This document shows positions 40,605 to 51,176 of a stretch of 64,000 bases of DNA, in pieces. The stretch spans positions 128,001 to 192,000 of the forward strand of contig CAWEXU010000030.1 in the NCBI GenBank assembly GCA_963813075.1, in the 5' to 3' direction. Numbering within the stretch: position 1 is the stretch's first letter; the number at the start of each line of letters is the position of its first letter. This stretch comes from Methanotrichaceae archaeon (lineage in GTDB: Archaea > Halobacteriota > Methanosarcinia > Methanotrichales > Methanotrichaceae). The notes beneath the pieces were generated by a model. That model ran no database searches. It saw only the letters and a list, made by a program, of their open reading frames with translations, and was not told where the DNA came from. A program made the translations under genes and the position numbers.

Positions 40605-41156
40605 CTAATCTCCGAGAGGGAATACTGCCAGGTCTTCGTATATGGGCCCTCCGGGGGTCAGTGTACTCTTTTTAAGATAGAATTCCCTAACCGTGAAGCT
40701 TCCCAGGTCCACTGTGGATTGCGAGCTGATCTTGGCTAAAAGCTCCCGGCTGGTCCGGGCATCAGGCCGGCCCACCCTTCCTATTGTCACATGAGGGGTA
40801 AAACCCCGCTCCTCTGGGGGAAATCCCAGGGGCTTCAGAGCCGCTTCCACCTTACTGTAGAGGGGGGAGAAGTCTCCCTCCAGGCCCAGCCAGACCACCC
40901 GCACCGACCGGCCGGGAAATGCCCCCATGCCCGCCACCCGGGCGGTGAAGGGAGCCAGTTTGATCGTAGCGAGGGCCTCTTTGACCCTCTCCACCTTAGC
41001 CACAGGCACATCCCCCAGGAACTTAAGGGTGACATGGACCAGCTCCGGCCGGACCAGTCGCAGGCCTTCCGTGGCTATGCTACCCTCTAGAAGGCCGATC
41101 TGCTCGCGCATCTCCTGCGGAATATCCACCGCTACAAAGCACCTGATTCCGGTCAT
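40605..41156 (-). CDS. thpR: RNA 2',3'-cyclic phosphodiesterase (2H family)
   Basis: [35 protein letters not shown] at 41156 overlaps the ilvD stop. Confidence 0.93.
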   Translation of the reverse strand: MTGIRCFVAVDIPQEMREQIGLLEGSIATEGLRLVRPELVHVTLKFLGDVPVAKVERVKEALATIKLAPFTARVAGMGAFPGRSVRVVWLGLEGDFSPLYSKVEAALKPLGFPPEERGFTPHVTIGRVGRPDARTSRELLAKISSQSTVDLGSFTVREFYLKKSTLTPGGPIYEDLAVFPLGD

Positions 41157-42823
41157 CTGAGTACGCTGCCTTTGCTGGCTGAGGTCACCGAATTTCTGTA
41201 CCGGGCCAGAACTCCGGTCTTTATGGCATTCTCCGGCATATCCGGCATCTTCCATTCCCCTCTCCTCCGCTCCAGCTCCGCCATGTCCACCTGCAGATCG
41301 AGCTTGCGGGCAGGGATATCGATGCTTATCATATCACCAGGCCGGACTAAAGCGATGGGACCTCCTACCGCGGCCTCGGGCGAGACATGGCCTATGCAGG
41401 GACCTCTGGTGCCTCCGCTGAACCGGCCATCGGTTATCAGAGCCACGGATTCGGAGAGGCCTGCCCCGGCGATGGCAGAAGTGGGAGCCAGGGCCTCTCG
41501 CATTCCCGGACCGCCTTTGGGCCCTTCATATCTGATCACCACTACATCGCCCGGCTTTACCTCGCCACCCACTATCCCGGCCATGGATGCCTCCTCGCTA
41601 TCATAGATCACTGCCGGGCCGGAATGCACGAGCATAGAGGGGGATACTGCGGTCTGCTTGACCACCGCACCCTCCGGGGCCAGGCTGCCGAAGAGTATGG
41701 CTATACCCCCTTCGGCATGCACGGGTGAGCTGATGGTGCTTATGACCCGGGAATTGGTGAGGGGGTTGATCAGCTTGAATGAGTCCAGGTTCTCGCCCAA
41801 CTTCTGGCCGGTCACAGTCAGAGCATCCAGCGCCAGTTGAGAGCGAAGGGCACTCATGACTGCAGGAATCCCTCCTGCCCTCTCCAGGTCGATGATGTGG
41901 TGAGGTCCGCCCGGCCTGAGGTTGACCAGATGGGGCGTCTCCCGGCTGAGCTCGTCGAAGCGCTTGATATCCAGATCCAGGCCGAACTCCGCAGCGATCG
42001 CCAGCATGTGCAGGACGGTATTCGTCGATCCTCCGATGGCCATGTCCACCCGGATGGCGTTATCCAGGGATGATTTTGTGACAATCTGGCGAGCAGTTAT
42101 CCCTTTTTTCACCAACTCCATGATCTTCATCCCGGATAGCTTGGCCAGACGGATCTTTCGCGCATCGACCGCATGGACGGTAGCGCACCCGGGCAGGGAG
42201 AGGCCCATGGCCTCGGTGAGGCAGGCCATGGTATTGGCGGTAAAGAGGCCGGCGCATGAGCCTGCGCCTGGACATGCCATATCCTCCAGGGCATCCAGGG
42301 TCTCGCCCCCTTTCTGCCATTCCTCGAAGACATTGATCAGGTCCAGCTCCTTGTCGCAGGCAAATCCGGGCATCATCGGACCGCCGGTTATCACGATGGT
42401 GGGCAGGTCCAGTCTGCCCGCGGCCATGATGTGTCCGGGCACTATCTTATCGCAGGTAGGGATCATCACCAGGCCGTCGAGCTGGTGGGACTCGACCATG
42501 ATCTCAATGGTGTCCTCGATCAGCTCGCGACTGGGCAGGGAATATCTCATTCCCTTATGGCCCATAGCGATGCCATCGCAGACCCCGATGGTCTGGAACT
42601 CGAAGGGAATCCCTCCCGCAGAGAGGATACCTGCCTTGACCGCCTCCCCCAGCCGGTCGAGATGAATATGTCCGGGTATAAAATCGTTACAAGAGTTGAC
42701 AACGCCGATGAAAGGACGGCGAATCTCCTCATCGCATAGGCCGGTAGCCTTGAGAAGAGCCCTGTGTGGCGCTCTCTCTATACCGACCTTGGTGACATCG
42801 CTCCTCATATCCAAAGACCTCAT
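41153..42823 (-). CDS. ilvD: Dihydroxy-acid dehydratase
   Basis: [49 protein letters not shown]. Confidence 0.96.
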   Translation of the reverse strand: MRSLDMRSDVTKVGIERAPHRALLKATGLCDEEIRRPFIGVVNSCNDFIPGHIHLDRLGEAVKAGILSAGGIPFEFQTIGVCDGIAMGHKGMRYSLPSRELIEDTIEIMVESHQLDGLVMIPTCDKIVPGHIMAAGRLDLPTIVITGGPMMPGFACDKELDLINVFEEWQKGGETLDALEDMACPGAGSCAGLFTANTMACLTEAMGLSLPGCATVHAVDARKIRLAKLSGMKIMELVKKGITARQIVTKSSLDNAIRVDMAIGGSTNTVLHMLAIAAEFGLDLDIKRFDELSRETPHLVNLRPGGPHHIIDLERAGGIPAVMSALRSQLALDALTVTGQKLGENLDSFKLINPLTNSRVISTISSPVHAEGGIAILFGSLAPEGAVVKQTAVSPSMLVHSGPAVIYDSEEASMAGIVGGEVKPGDVVVIRYEGPKGGPGMREALAPTSAIAGAGLSESVALITDGRFSGGTRGPCIGHVSPEAAVGGPIALVRPGDMISIDIPARKLDLQVDMAELERRRGEWKMPDMPENAIKTGVLARYRNSVTSASKGSVLR

Positions 42824-42889
42824 TCGCCTCTGCCACTTTTCCGTTTAAGTAGTTGCTGTTAAATACCACAAGATACTTGCCGCCAGGAG

Positions 42890-44797
42890 GTGTTTGAAAG
42901 CATGGATGCCTATTCATTGTTCCTGGTTTTCCTGGCAATCTACATAGCGATCTTGCTTGGGATCGGCCTTTATCTCTCCCGCAGACAGAGGTCGGAGACC
43001 GACTTCTGGCTGGCGGGAAGAGAGCTGGGACCGATAAGCATAGGACTTGCTGCCGCTTCTGCCTGGACCACAGCCAGTGCATTGCTCTTAGCCACAGGGC
43101 TTTTCCTCCTCTATGGCATAGGCTCGATCTGGATCTGGGTATTCCCGAACATAGCCGGCCTGGCCATCATCGCCGCCATATCGGGGAGGATCAAGAACAT
43201 CCCGGCGCTGACCCAGCCCGAACTGATGGAGATAAGGTATGACCCCATGATCAGAGCGCCGGTGGCCGTCGCCGTCACCATTATGATGGTTCTCTTCTCG
43301 GTTACCGATTTCATCGGCTTCAAAATGGTGCTGGGGACCTTCTTCGGCATAGAGCCAATCTATGCCATTGCCATCATGGCCGTCTCTGTTGCCCTTTACG
43401 TCGGTGTGGGCGGCTTTCGGGCGGTAGTCTGGACCGACATGATACAGTATTTTCTGCTGGTCGGCCTTGCCGCCTATGTGGCCCATATGGCTTTAGGCCT
43501 GTCCGCGAACAAGGGGATATCCCTCCTGGCCGCATCCTCAATGCTGGGAGCAGACTGGTGGGACATCTTCTCCATGGGCGGCATACTGGGCGCGCTGGTG
43601 TTCATAGTGGCCCTGGTGCCCGGCTGGGTGGCAGAACAGGACCCCTGGCAGAAGGTCTGGGCAGCTCGCGATGATCGCTCCGCGAAGAGAGGGCTCTTGC
43701 TTGGCGCTTCTTTGCTGGCACTGGTCTATATCTTCTGTCTTCTGGCGGCCATAGGCCTCTTTGTGATCTATCCCCGGCCTTCAGGAGAGGTGGAAGCGGA
43801 GATGCTCTATCTGCGAATCATAAGCGAAAACGTCCCGGAATGGCTCTTGGGCCTGCTGACCATCGGCTTTGCGGCGGCATCCATGTCCTGCACCGATACA
43901 TTTGCCACCTCCGGGGCATCCTGCCTATCCCGGGACCTGATCCAGCGGCACCTGTGGCCCACAGCCACAGTGAAAGAGATGCTGATCGTGAACAGGATAC
44001 TGATTGTGATCATGGTCTTCATGTCCGCATTTATCGCTCTGAATGTGGACAGCATCATGGACGCGGTGATCATCGCCACGGTCATCGGCACGACATCTTA
44101 CTTCTTTCCCATCATCGGAGGTCTTTACTGGAAGAGGGCCACGAAGTGGGGGGCTATGGCTGCCCTGGTTGTGGGCGGCGGGACCCAGATCATTCTCGTA
44201 TCCTATGAGCAGTTCTGGCTGAAAGCGCCCCTGGAAAGCCTCTCCCCCTATCTGATGGAGCACGGCGTCCTGGTCGGTTTATCTTTAAGCGCCCTCTTTT
44301 TCGTAGGGGTATCATTGGCCACCCGGCAGGCGGAGGATATCCGCCTCGCGCCCTTCTTCACCGATATTGCAGAAAGGGTCTTCAAAAGCGATCTTCCCCG
44401 AGCGGACAGGACGGACCCAGACTATCCAGGAATAGCTTCGAAGATCGTTGAGAAGCGGGCAGGAGAGCGCATCCATCTCAAGCTGACCATTGAGTACTCC
44501 AAGGACGATGAAGAAAGCGCGCACCAATTGCTGATGTGGAAGCCCTTTATAGAGAAGCTTCAAGAGAGGCATCCCGTATGGTTCACCCCTACCGGAAGCC
44601 ATGTCGCATATCGCCTCAGCCAGGCGGATATGCAGGCCTGCATCAAGATGGTGCACGGCACTTCCCGGCAGATCTGGCTAAATTCAGAGCCAATGCTCGA
44701 GGGATGCGACCGCCAGAGGGATGAGCTGGTCATCGCCTACCAGGAGATAAAAGAGGTTCTGCGGGAGTTCGGCCTGGCAGCATCACCAAGGACATGA
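42890..44797 (+). CDS. Sodium:solute symporter family protein with a soluble C-terminal extension
   Basis: DFWLAGR, GGFRAVVWTDMIQ, AASMS..D, GLYWKRAT; many TM segments. Confidence 0.9.
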   Translation: MFESMDAYSLFLVFLAIYIAILLGIGLYLSRRQRSETDFWLAGRELGPISIGLAAASAWTTASALLLATGLFLLYGIGSIWIWVFPNIAGLAIIAAISGRIKNIPALTQPELMEIRYDPMIRAPVAVAVTIMMVLFSVTDFIGFKMVLGTFFGIEPIYAIAIMAVSVALYVGVGGFRAVVWTDMIQYFLLVGLAAYVAHMALGLSANKGISLLAASSMLGADWWDIFSMGGILGALVFIVALVPGWVAEQDPWQKVWAARDDRSAKRGLLLGASLLALVYIFCLLAAIGLFVIYPRPSGEVEAEMLYLRIISENVPEWLLGLLTIGFAAASMSCTDTFATSGASCLSRDLIQRHLWPTATVKEMLIVNRILIVIMVFMSAFIALNVDSIMDAVIIATVIGTTSYFFPIIGGLYWKRATKWGAMAALVVGGGTQIILVSYEQFWLKAPLESLSPYLMEHGVLVGLSLSALFFVGVSLATRQAEDIRLAPFFTDIAERVFKSDLPRADRTDPDYPGIASKIVEKRAGERIHLKLTIEYSKDDEESAHQLLMWKPFIEKLQERHPVWFTPTGSHVAYRLSQADMQACIKMVHGTSRQIWLNSEPMLEGCDRQRDELVIAYQEIKEVLREFGLAASPRT

Positions 44798-45951
44798 GAG
44801 AAGATATACAGCTGGCAGTGGTGGGCGCGGGTCCTGCCGGGAGCACCGCGGCCCTTGCCGCGGCCCGAGATCTGGATGTAGTGCTCATTGACAGGAAGAG
44901 CGAGATAGGCAGCCCGGTCCAGTGCGGCGGCTTCCTCCCGGAGGCCTGGGAGCTGGAGGCCCTGCTGCCTCACGCCCGGCTGCCTGAGACCCTGAAGGAG
45001 ATCCCGGATCGCTGCATACTGCATAAAACCCGATTGCAGCGTATATATTCTCCTTCGGGAATGAGCAAGGAGTTTGCCGTCGCGGGGAGGGTTTTAGACC
45101 GGCGGAGCTTCGATCGCCATCTCGCCGGCCGGGCCGCTCGCGCGGGAGCCAGGATCCTTCCCGCCACCAGGGCAACGCTGGTGGAGGGAGAGCTGCGTCT
45201 CTCTGGCCGGTATGGCGGGACAATAAGCCCCAGGGTGATAATAGGCGCAGACGGCCCCAGCTCCGTCGTCTCCCGCTATATGAATAATCCCGTACAAGAG
45301 GTGGGCATATGCCTGGAGTACGAGATGGCCGATGTGGATATCGATAGCGATGCGGCAGAGATGTACTTCTCGGCAAGATATGCCCCCGGCGGCTATGCCT
45401 GGATAATCCCCCTGGGCCCGGACACAGCCAATGTGGGGGTGGGAGTGCGTGCATCCTACCTATCCCGCAAAAAATTGCCAGACATTCTGGATGGGTTTGT
45501 GCGAGAGCATCCCCTGGCCTCGAAGAAGCTGAAATCAGGTGAGGTGCTGGCGGTGATGCGCGGCCTGGTCCCCGCGGGCGGAACTCCTGGATCGATTCAG
45601 AAGGGCAATATGATCCTGGCAGGTGATGCTGCCGGCCATGTCCTGGCCAGCAGCGGGGGTGGCATACCACTGGCTATGGTGGCGGGAAGGATCGCAGGAG
45701 AGTCTGCTCTCGAGCACCTGTTGGGCGGCAAGCCTTTAGAGGATTATCCATCGCGCATTAGGAGAGAGTTCGGCAGGGAGCTGGCGCGGTCGGTGCAGAT
45801 CAGAAGAATGGTGGACGTGGCGATGAGAAGCGACCGGCTCATCAATGCTCTTTTTGCCGCCCTCAGCCCTGAGCAGATGAAATCGGTGATGCGCGCCCAA
45901 ATACCCTCGCCACTCAGTTCTCGCGAATGGTCTGGCGGCGCGGCAGAATAG
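44794..45951 (+). CDS. Geranylgeranyl reductase family FAD oxidoreductase
   Basis: VVGAGPAGS, IGSPVQCGG, DRRSFD, IGADG, PGGYAWIIP, GDAAG. Confidence 0.9.
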   Translation: MREDIQLAVVGAGPAGSTAALAAARDLDVVLIDRKSEIGSPVQCGGFLPEAWELEALLPHARLPETLKEIPDRCILHKTRLQRIYSPSGMSKEFAVAGRVLDRRSFDRHLAGRAARAGARILPATRATLVEGELRLSGRYGGTISPRVIIGADGPSSVVSRYMNNPVQEVGICLEYEMADVDIDSDAAEMYFSARYAPGGYAWIIPLGPDTANVGVGVRASYLSRKKLPDILDGFVREHPLASKKLKSGEVLAVMRGLVPAGGTPGSIQKGNMILAGDAAGHVLASSGGGIPLAMVAGRIAGESALEHLLGGKPLEDYPSRIRREFGRELARSVQIRRMVDVAMRSDRLINALFAALSPEQMKSVMRAQIPSPLSSREWSGGAAE

Positions 45952-45976
45952 TCTAATTGACAAATAAAATGACAAC

Positions 45977-46000
45977 AGGACGGCCGGCCCGTCCTTTTTT
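45977..46000 (+). terminator. Hairpin plus T-tract between convergent genes
   Basis: AGGACGG-CCGGC-CCGTCCT followed by TTTTT. Confidence 0.55.
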
Positions 46001-46008
46001 GATGCGAT

Positions 46009-46410
46009 CTATTCCGGGCTCTCTTCCTTGGGAGCCTTGCCCAGCAGCTCCTCCAGGGACTTGGCCCCTGCCTCCACTACCTTGACATTTATCTGGCCGA
46101 CGTCGCTAGATATATCCCTGCCATGAATGCTCTTCCTCTTCTTCTTCCCTTCAGCGGCGGGATGATAGCCAGTTCCAGTGGTGAGAAGGATCTTCCTTCG
46201 TTTGCTGCCAGGCAGGTCTGCACGCATGGGAAATCCTTCGCGATCACTGCCTCCGGTGACCTGCATCGAGTATCCTGGCATGCCCAGGATTTCTCCTTCG
46301 ATCTTGTCACCGATATGCTTTCCCATGAGCTTGGCCGCTCCGGGATCCTTAAGCTCTACCTGATAGGCTTTACCGCTCTTGGGATCTGAGACTACAACTC
46401 TAAAATCCAT
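46009..46410 (-). CDS. rps6e: 30S ribosomal protein S6e
   Basis: VVSDPKSG, TGGSDREGFPM, G.KKRKS.HG, QIN. Confidence 0.95.
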   Translation of the reverse strand: MDFRVVVSDPKSGKAYQVELKDPGAAKLMGKHIGDKIEGEILGMPGYSMQVTGGSDREGFPMRADLPGSKRRKILLTTGTGYHPAAEGKKKRKSIHGRDISSDVGQINVKVVEAGAKSLEELLGKAPKEESPE

Positions 46411-46484
46411 CTTTCTTCCTCATCAATGTAAATGTGACTTTCAGTCTAGGGATCGATGCCCTATAAAACCTTATCTTGTGGATA

Positions 46485-47477
46485 TCAGTTGAGACTGGTC
46501 ATCCGGGAGTAGTCCACCAGCGTGGATATGGGCAGGGTCTTTATCCTCGCGCCCAATTCCTCCGCAGCCACAGCCCCATTGACTCCGGCATAGAAGGCTA
46601 TACCGATCTTCCCTGCGGCCACTGGACAGCCCAGTATCGGCTCAGAGGGACCTCCGATATTTATCAGACCGCCAAAGCCCGCAGATCGAGATGCATCCAG
46701 TAGATCGAGGGCATTTTTAGCCGCCGCGACGGGCACCTCCCGCACATTGGCCAGCACTCTTCCAGATCCCCGGTGAATGGCATTGGCAACGCTTGTCACC
46801 TTCCTCCCCATGAAAACCTTCACCGGGTCCAGAGACGATCCGGCATAGGCTATGAGGTCAGTGAATCCGTATGGCTGCATCTCTTTGATCTCCGCCAGCC
46901 CGGCGAAGCTGGTGAGAACGGGAATTCCCTTCTTCATTAGAATTCCATCCATGGTTATGCTGCATACCGTCGCCACACCCAGGTATCCCGCGGGCACCTC
47001 CTGAGAGGAAAGCATGTCGCCTTCGTCGATAATCAATGCACGGCGGCTTATTGTATACCCCTCATCGAAAGCGCGAATAAGCATATCAATGACCTCGTCA
47101 GCATCCGTTTTATCCACGATGCTGGTATTGGCGATGACCTGGCCCAGGCCGCCGTGGGGATCAAAGCTGCTCTTGTACATATATTCCTCAATTCTGGTAT
47201 TCACAAAGCCCATCCGGTCGTCTATCAGAGCATCGCTCAGCTCTCTGGAGCCCAGAGGGGTGATCACCCGGCCGCTGTAGCCCTTCTTCTTGGTGAATCC
47301 CAGCTCATCGAGGATCTTGAGGTTATAGCGCACCGCCCTTTCGCCCAGATCGTAGCCACGGCTGCAAAGGATGTCTGAGATCGCCCTCGCCCCCACGGGC
47401 ATGCTGGCGCTCTCGATCACCCTGAGGATCTCTACTAGCCTTCGCTGGCTCATATGGGTCTTGGTGAGCAGCTTCAT
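46485..47477 (-). CDS. nrpR: NrpR-family nitrogen regulator (wHTH plus a single NRD/DUF128 domain, NrpRI-like)
   Basis: GARAIS...GERAVRYNLKILDELGFT; VIAN.S, TVCSITMDG, YAGSSLDP, AN.RE.P. Confidence 0.85.
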   Translation of the reverse strand: MKLLTKTHMSQRRLVEILRVIESASMPVGARAISDILCSRGYDLGERAVRYNLKILDELGFTKKKGYSGRVITPLGSRELSDALIDDRMGFVNTRIEEYMYKSSFDPHGGLGQVIANTSIVDKTDADEVIDMLIRAFDEGYTISRRALIIDEGDMLSSQEVPAGYLGVATVCSITMDGILMKKGIPVLTSFAGLAEIKEMQPYGFTDLIAYAGSSLDPVKVFMGRKVTSVANAIHRGSGRVLANVREVPVAAAKNALDLLDASRSAGFGGLINIGGPSEPILGCPVAAGKIGIAFYAGVNGAVAAEELGARIKTLPISTLVDYSRMTSLN

Positions 47478-47584
47478 CTACTCTGATCCTCCGGGAAAGA
47501 GAATATATATCTTATGGGGATAACGAGAGCCCAAGGCTCCAGGCGACAGGGGCCGCAGTGCCAATAAGAAGGCCAGGAGATGAT

Positions 47585-47657
47585 AGTCCCGTGGGGTAGA
47601 GGTCAATCCTGAGGGCCTTTGGAGCCCGCGACGGCGGTTCGAATCCGCCCGGGACTA
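47585..47657 (+). tRNA. tRNA-Gln(TTG)
   Basis: Acceptor AGTCCCG/CGGGACT (A1-U72); anticodon arm GGGC-CTTTGGA-GCCC; T arm GGCGG-TTCGAAT-CCGCC. Confidence 0.95.
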
Positions 47658-47728
47658 CTTTAAACCCGAAGATCATCAGAAATGTAGATATATCTGGTCG
47701 ATCTCATGGGAGAGGGCCAGGCGGGTTG

Positions 47729-47737
47729 ATTTATATC
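47729..47737 (+). promoter_or_regulatory. TATA-box-like element upstream of tRNA-Glu
   Basis: ATTTATATC starting about 20 nt before the tRNA 5' end. Confidence 0.45.
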
Positions 47738-47749
47738 GCCTGAACAATT

Positions 47750-47824
47750 GCTCCGGTAGTGTAGCCCGGCCAATCATTTCGGCCTTTCAAGCCGAAGACT
47801 CGGGTCCAAATCCCGGCCGGAGCA
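47750..47824 (+). tRNA. tRNA-Glu(TTC)
   Basis: Acceptor GCTCCGG/CCGGAGC; anticodon arm TCGGC-CTTTCAA-GCCGA; T-loop reads TCCAAAT. Confidence 0.92.
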
Positions 47825-48276
47825 TTTACCATAACTCATTCTGGATTGCTCTGCGCGGCTCTTTTGAGCCGGGGCGAAGATGGCCGCCCCGAACTCCAGC
47901 GCGCATTATTGTGATCTCTGCCCGAGAGAGGATGGCGACATCTTTCAATGAAAGCCAGGAAAAGGCAAAGGGCTATTTTGGAATACCAGAATGGCGAATA
48001 TGATCAATTGATGTCGATTTTTCAGATAAAAGCCCGATATGTTTATATTCCTGAAGGCGGTATTAGGTGCTCGTGCCTGAGCAAAATACTCAAATATAAG
48101 CCGATTAGCATGAGGATCAGGTACTCCATAAAGCAAGCGAAATCCGAGTTGCTCTGCACGAGCATGATGCTATGCAGAGAATGAGGCATCGTTGTCTTAT
48201 GGTGCCAATGGATTTGGGCCTCTGCGGACGGCTTAGATCCTAAGCATTGATGGTAAATCAAGGAGGTGGGAAAGAA

Positions 48277-48999
48277 ATGAGAAAACTAATAGCTGTTTTG
48301 ATTATAGTCGCCATGGCCGTAGTAGGCATGGCCGGTGCAGCTAACTATATGTACGAAAAGGCATCGGTCAAGGGCGTTGGATACAAGAACGTAGAGATGA
48401 TCATTTCCACCCAGTCTGGCTTTGCTGGCCAGAAGCTGGTTGAGAAAGAGTCCGGGTCCGGAAACGTGATCACCGAGAGGACCGAGCTGGAAGCCGAGAG
48501 GCAGATGGACGCCGCTGGACTTCAGATGCCCTGCACATACCCCAATACCTGCGCCATGGACTACATCAACTTCACCAAAGAAGCTGAGTTCGAGTACATG
48601 CCAGTCTCTTACCAGACAGGCACCTATGACCAGAAGTGGGTTGAGAAGCTGTGCGTGCAGAACTACAAGATCGGCGCTGTGCTGACTGAGATGTACAGCC
48701 ACGCTGAGCACCTGCAGAAGACCACCGAGGTCAAGACCAGAGGCTACCAGGACGGATGTGTAAGCAACTGCTGCACCGGTGTCCTCGAAGCTAACCTGAA
48801 CAGCAACGTCATCGGCGTTGCCCACATCGGCTGGATCTCCAGGGATCCACAGCCCAGCAGCGCTCTCAAGGGCCGCCATGCTGAGTACGGCAGATCGGTC
48901 GAGGACCTGACTGGCGTCTTCTCCATTGAGAAGTTCATCCAGCTCTGGGGCAACTCCACCTGCGGCGCCATCAGCGTTGATTGGCTGCCCTGCGTGTAA
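48277..48999 (+). CDS. Secreted Cys-rich structural protein, copy A (candidate sheath protein family)
   Basis: GGAGGTG RBS; signal peptide ending GMAGA; ANYMYEK...DWLPCV; S-layer-like codon bias. Confidence 0.85.
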   Translation: MRKLIAVLIIVAMAVVGMAGAANYMYEKASVKGVGYKNVEMIISTQSGFAGQKLVEKESGSGNVITERTELEAERQMDAAGLQMPCTYPNTCAMDYINFTKEAEFEYMPVSYQTGTYDQKWVEKLCVQNYKIGAVLTEMYSHAEHLQKTTEVKTRGYQDGCVSNCCTGVLEANLNSNVIGVAHIGWISRDPQPSSALKGRHAEYGRSVEDLTGVFSIEKFIQLWGNSTCGAISVDWLPCV

Positions 49000-49029
49000 A
49001 TAGCTAGAACTGCAAAAACTTGGATTATG

Positions 49030-49054
49030 ACTCCGGGCGGCAATGCCTGGAGTC
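49030..49054 (+). terminator. 3' GC hairpin after copy A
   Basis: GACTCCGGGC-GGCAAT-GCCTGGAGTC, then TTTTT. Confidence 0.55.
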
Positions 49055-49559
49055 TAGGCCACATTTTTCAAAGTGATACTATCAACTATTGTCTGTGATT
49101 TTTGCTAAATGCTCCTGAAAAGGACTACTTCAAAGGACCATTCCTGTGATGACTTCAAGATATCTCTCTGAAGATCACCGGGTCCCAGATACGACGAGAT
49201 TTGTTCAGGGCAAAACAGGCAGATGAGGGCAGAATCCTGGAATATAAAATTCTCTTATCCCTGCTCGATAGCTTTATATGCCAGTAATCTAATGAGAAAG
49301 GTTGTGCCTGAGACAATTGCTCAATTAATGTCTAGTGGTAATCCTGTAATCAGGCGCCTCACGCCGGATAGGATGACAGTTAACGCTTTTGGCTTATGTA
49401 CTGGAGCAGAGCGGGGCCTAGCGGCTTCATCTCTTCAGGTAAAGCGATCCTGGATCTCTGATCGAGGATCTGTATATCCAGCCGGGGTGATGTACTGAAG
49501 GATCATTTGTTGCTATCAATAGCAGCTTTCGATCCTCATGTAAAGGAGGTGGGAAAGAA

Positions 49560-50282
49560 ATGAGAAAACTAATAGCTGTTTTGATTATAGTCGCCATGGC
49601 CGTAGTAGGCATGGCCGGTGCAGCTAACTATATGTACGAAAAGGCATCGGTCAAAGGCGTTGGATACAAGAACGTAGAGATGATCATTTCCACACAGTCC
49701 GGTTTCGCCGGCCAGAAGCTGGTTGAGAAAGAGTCCGGGTCCGGAAACGTAATCACCGAGAGGACTGAGCTGGAAGCCGAGAGGCAGCTTGACGCCGCTG
49801 GACTTCAGATGCCCTGCTATTATCCCAATACCTGTGCCATGGACTACATCAACTTCACCAAGGAAGCTGAGTTCGAGTACATGCCAGTCTCTTACCAGAC
49901 AGGCACCTATGACCAGAAGTGGGTTGAGAAGCTGTGCGTGCAGAACTACAGAATCGGCGCTGTGCTGACTGAGATGTACAGCCATGCTGAGCACCTGCAG
50001 AAGACCACCGAGGTCAAGACCAGAGGCTACCAGAACACCTGTGTAAGCAACTGCTGCACCGGCGTCCTCGAAGCTAACCTGAACAGCAACGTCATCGGCG
50101 TTGCCCATATCGGCTGGATCTCCAGGGATCCCGAGCCCAGCAGGCTGCTCAAGGGCAGACATGCTGAGTACGGCAGATCGGTCGAGGACCTGACTGGTGT
50201 CTTCTCCATTGAGAAGTTCATCCAGCTCTGGGGCAACTCCACATGCGGCGCAATCAGCGTTGACTGGCTGCCCTGCGTGTAA
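49560..50282 (+). CDS. Secreted Cys-rich structural protein, copy B
   Basis: Same length as copy A (240 aa) and nearly identical; differences cluster in short loops. Confidence 0.85.
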   Translation: MRKLIAVLIIVAMAVVGMAGAANYMYEKASVKGVGYKNVEMIISTQSGFAGQKLVEKESGSGNVITERTELEAERQLDAAGLQMPCYYPNTCAMDYINFTKEAEFEYMPVSYQTGTYDQKWVEKLCVQNYRIGAVLTEMYSHAEHLQKTTEVKTRGYQNTCVSNCCTGVLEANLNSNVIGVAHIGWISRDPEPSRLLKGRHAEYGRSVEDLTGVFSIEKFIQLWGNSTCGAISVDWLPCV

Positions 50283-50360
50283 ATAGATAAAGCTGCAAAC
50301 ACTTGGATTGAGGCCCTGGGCGGCAACGCCCAAGGTCATTTTTTTTTATCAGAGGAGGGA

Positions 50361-51176
50361 TTGCAAATTAATAAAACAATAGCTGTTTTGATTATAGTCG
50401 CCATGGCCTTGATAGGCATGGCCGGTGCAGCCAACTACATGTACGAAAAGGCATCGGTCAAAGGCGTTGGATACAAAGATGTAGAGATGATCGTCTCCAC
50501 ACAGTCCGGTTTCGCCGGCCAAAAATTGGTGGAGAAGGAGTCAGGTTCGGGAAATGTGATAACAGAGAGGACCGAGCTGGAAGCAGAGAGACAGCTGAAT
50601 ACTGACGGAAGCCCTATCGGCTGGATTATAGATTCCGATGGATTCCCATGTCTTTGGTGCGGATGCGACTGGCCGACGGGAACGCTATGTCCCATGGACT
50701 ACATCAATTTCACCAAGGAAGCTGAGTTCGAGTACATGCCCGTCTCATATCAGACCGGCACCTACGATCAGAAATGGGTGGAGAAACTCTGTGTGCAAAA
50801 CTACAAGATCGGTGCGGTTATGACCGAGATGTACAGCCATGCGGAGCACTTGCAGAAGACCACCGAGGTCAAGACGAGAGGATACGGCACTTATAACAGA
50901 ATGGATCCAAACAAGTACATCTTCACCTCCTGTGGCTGTCCACCATGCTGTACCGGCGTGCTTGAGGCCAACCTGAACAGCAACGTTATCGGCGTTGCCC
51001 ATATCGGCTGGATCTCCAGGGATCCCCAGCCCAGCAGCGCCCTCAAGGGACGACATGCTGAGTACGGCAGATCGGTCGAGGACCTGACCGGCGTCTTCTC
51101 CATTGAGAAGTTCATCCAGCTCTGGGGCAACTCCACCTGCGGTGCAGTCAGCGTTGACTGGCTGCCCTGTGTGTAG
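50361..51176 (+). CDS. Secreted Cys-rich structural protein, copy C (extended Cys loops)
   Basis: GGAGG plus TTG start; same scaffold with two insertions (…PCLWCGCDWPTGTLCP, …TSCGCPPCC). Confidence 0.85.
   Translation: MQINKTIAVLIIVAMALIGMAGAANYMYEKASVKGVGYKDVEMIVSTQSGFAGQKLVEKESGSGNVITERTELEAERQLNTDGSPIGWIIDSDGFPCLWCGCDWPTGTLCPMDYINFTKEAEFEYMPVSYQTGTYDQKWVEKLCVQNYKIGAVMTEMYSHAEHLQKTTEVKTRGYGTYNRMDPNKYIFTSCGCPPCCTGVLEANLNSNVIGVAHIGWISRDPQPSSALKGRHAEYGRSVEDLTGVFSIEKFIQLWGNSTCGAVSVDWLPCV

Noticed and set aside
47515..47584. Possible small RNA upstream of tRNA-Gln
   Set aside because: Only a short GAGCC/GGCTC hairpin; no convincing C/D or H/ACA boxes
48286..50339. Long minus-strand ORFs (197 and 256 aa) over copies A and B
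   Set aside because: Antisense shadows caused by strong codon bias
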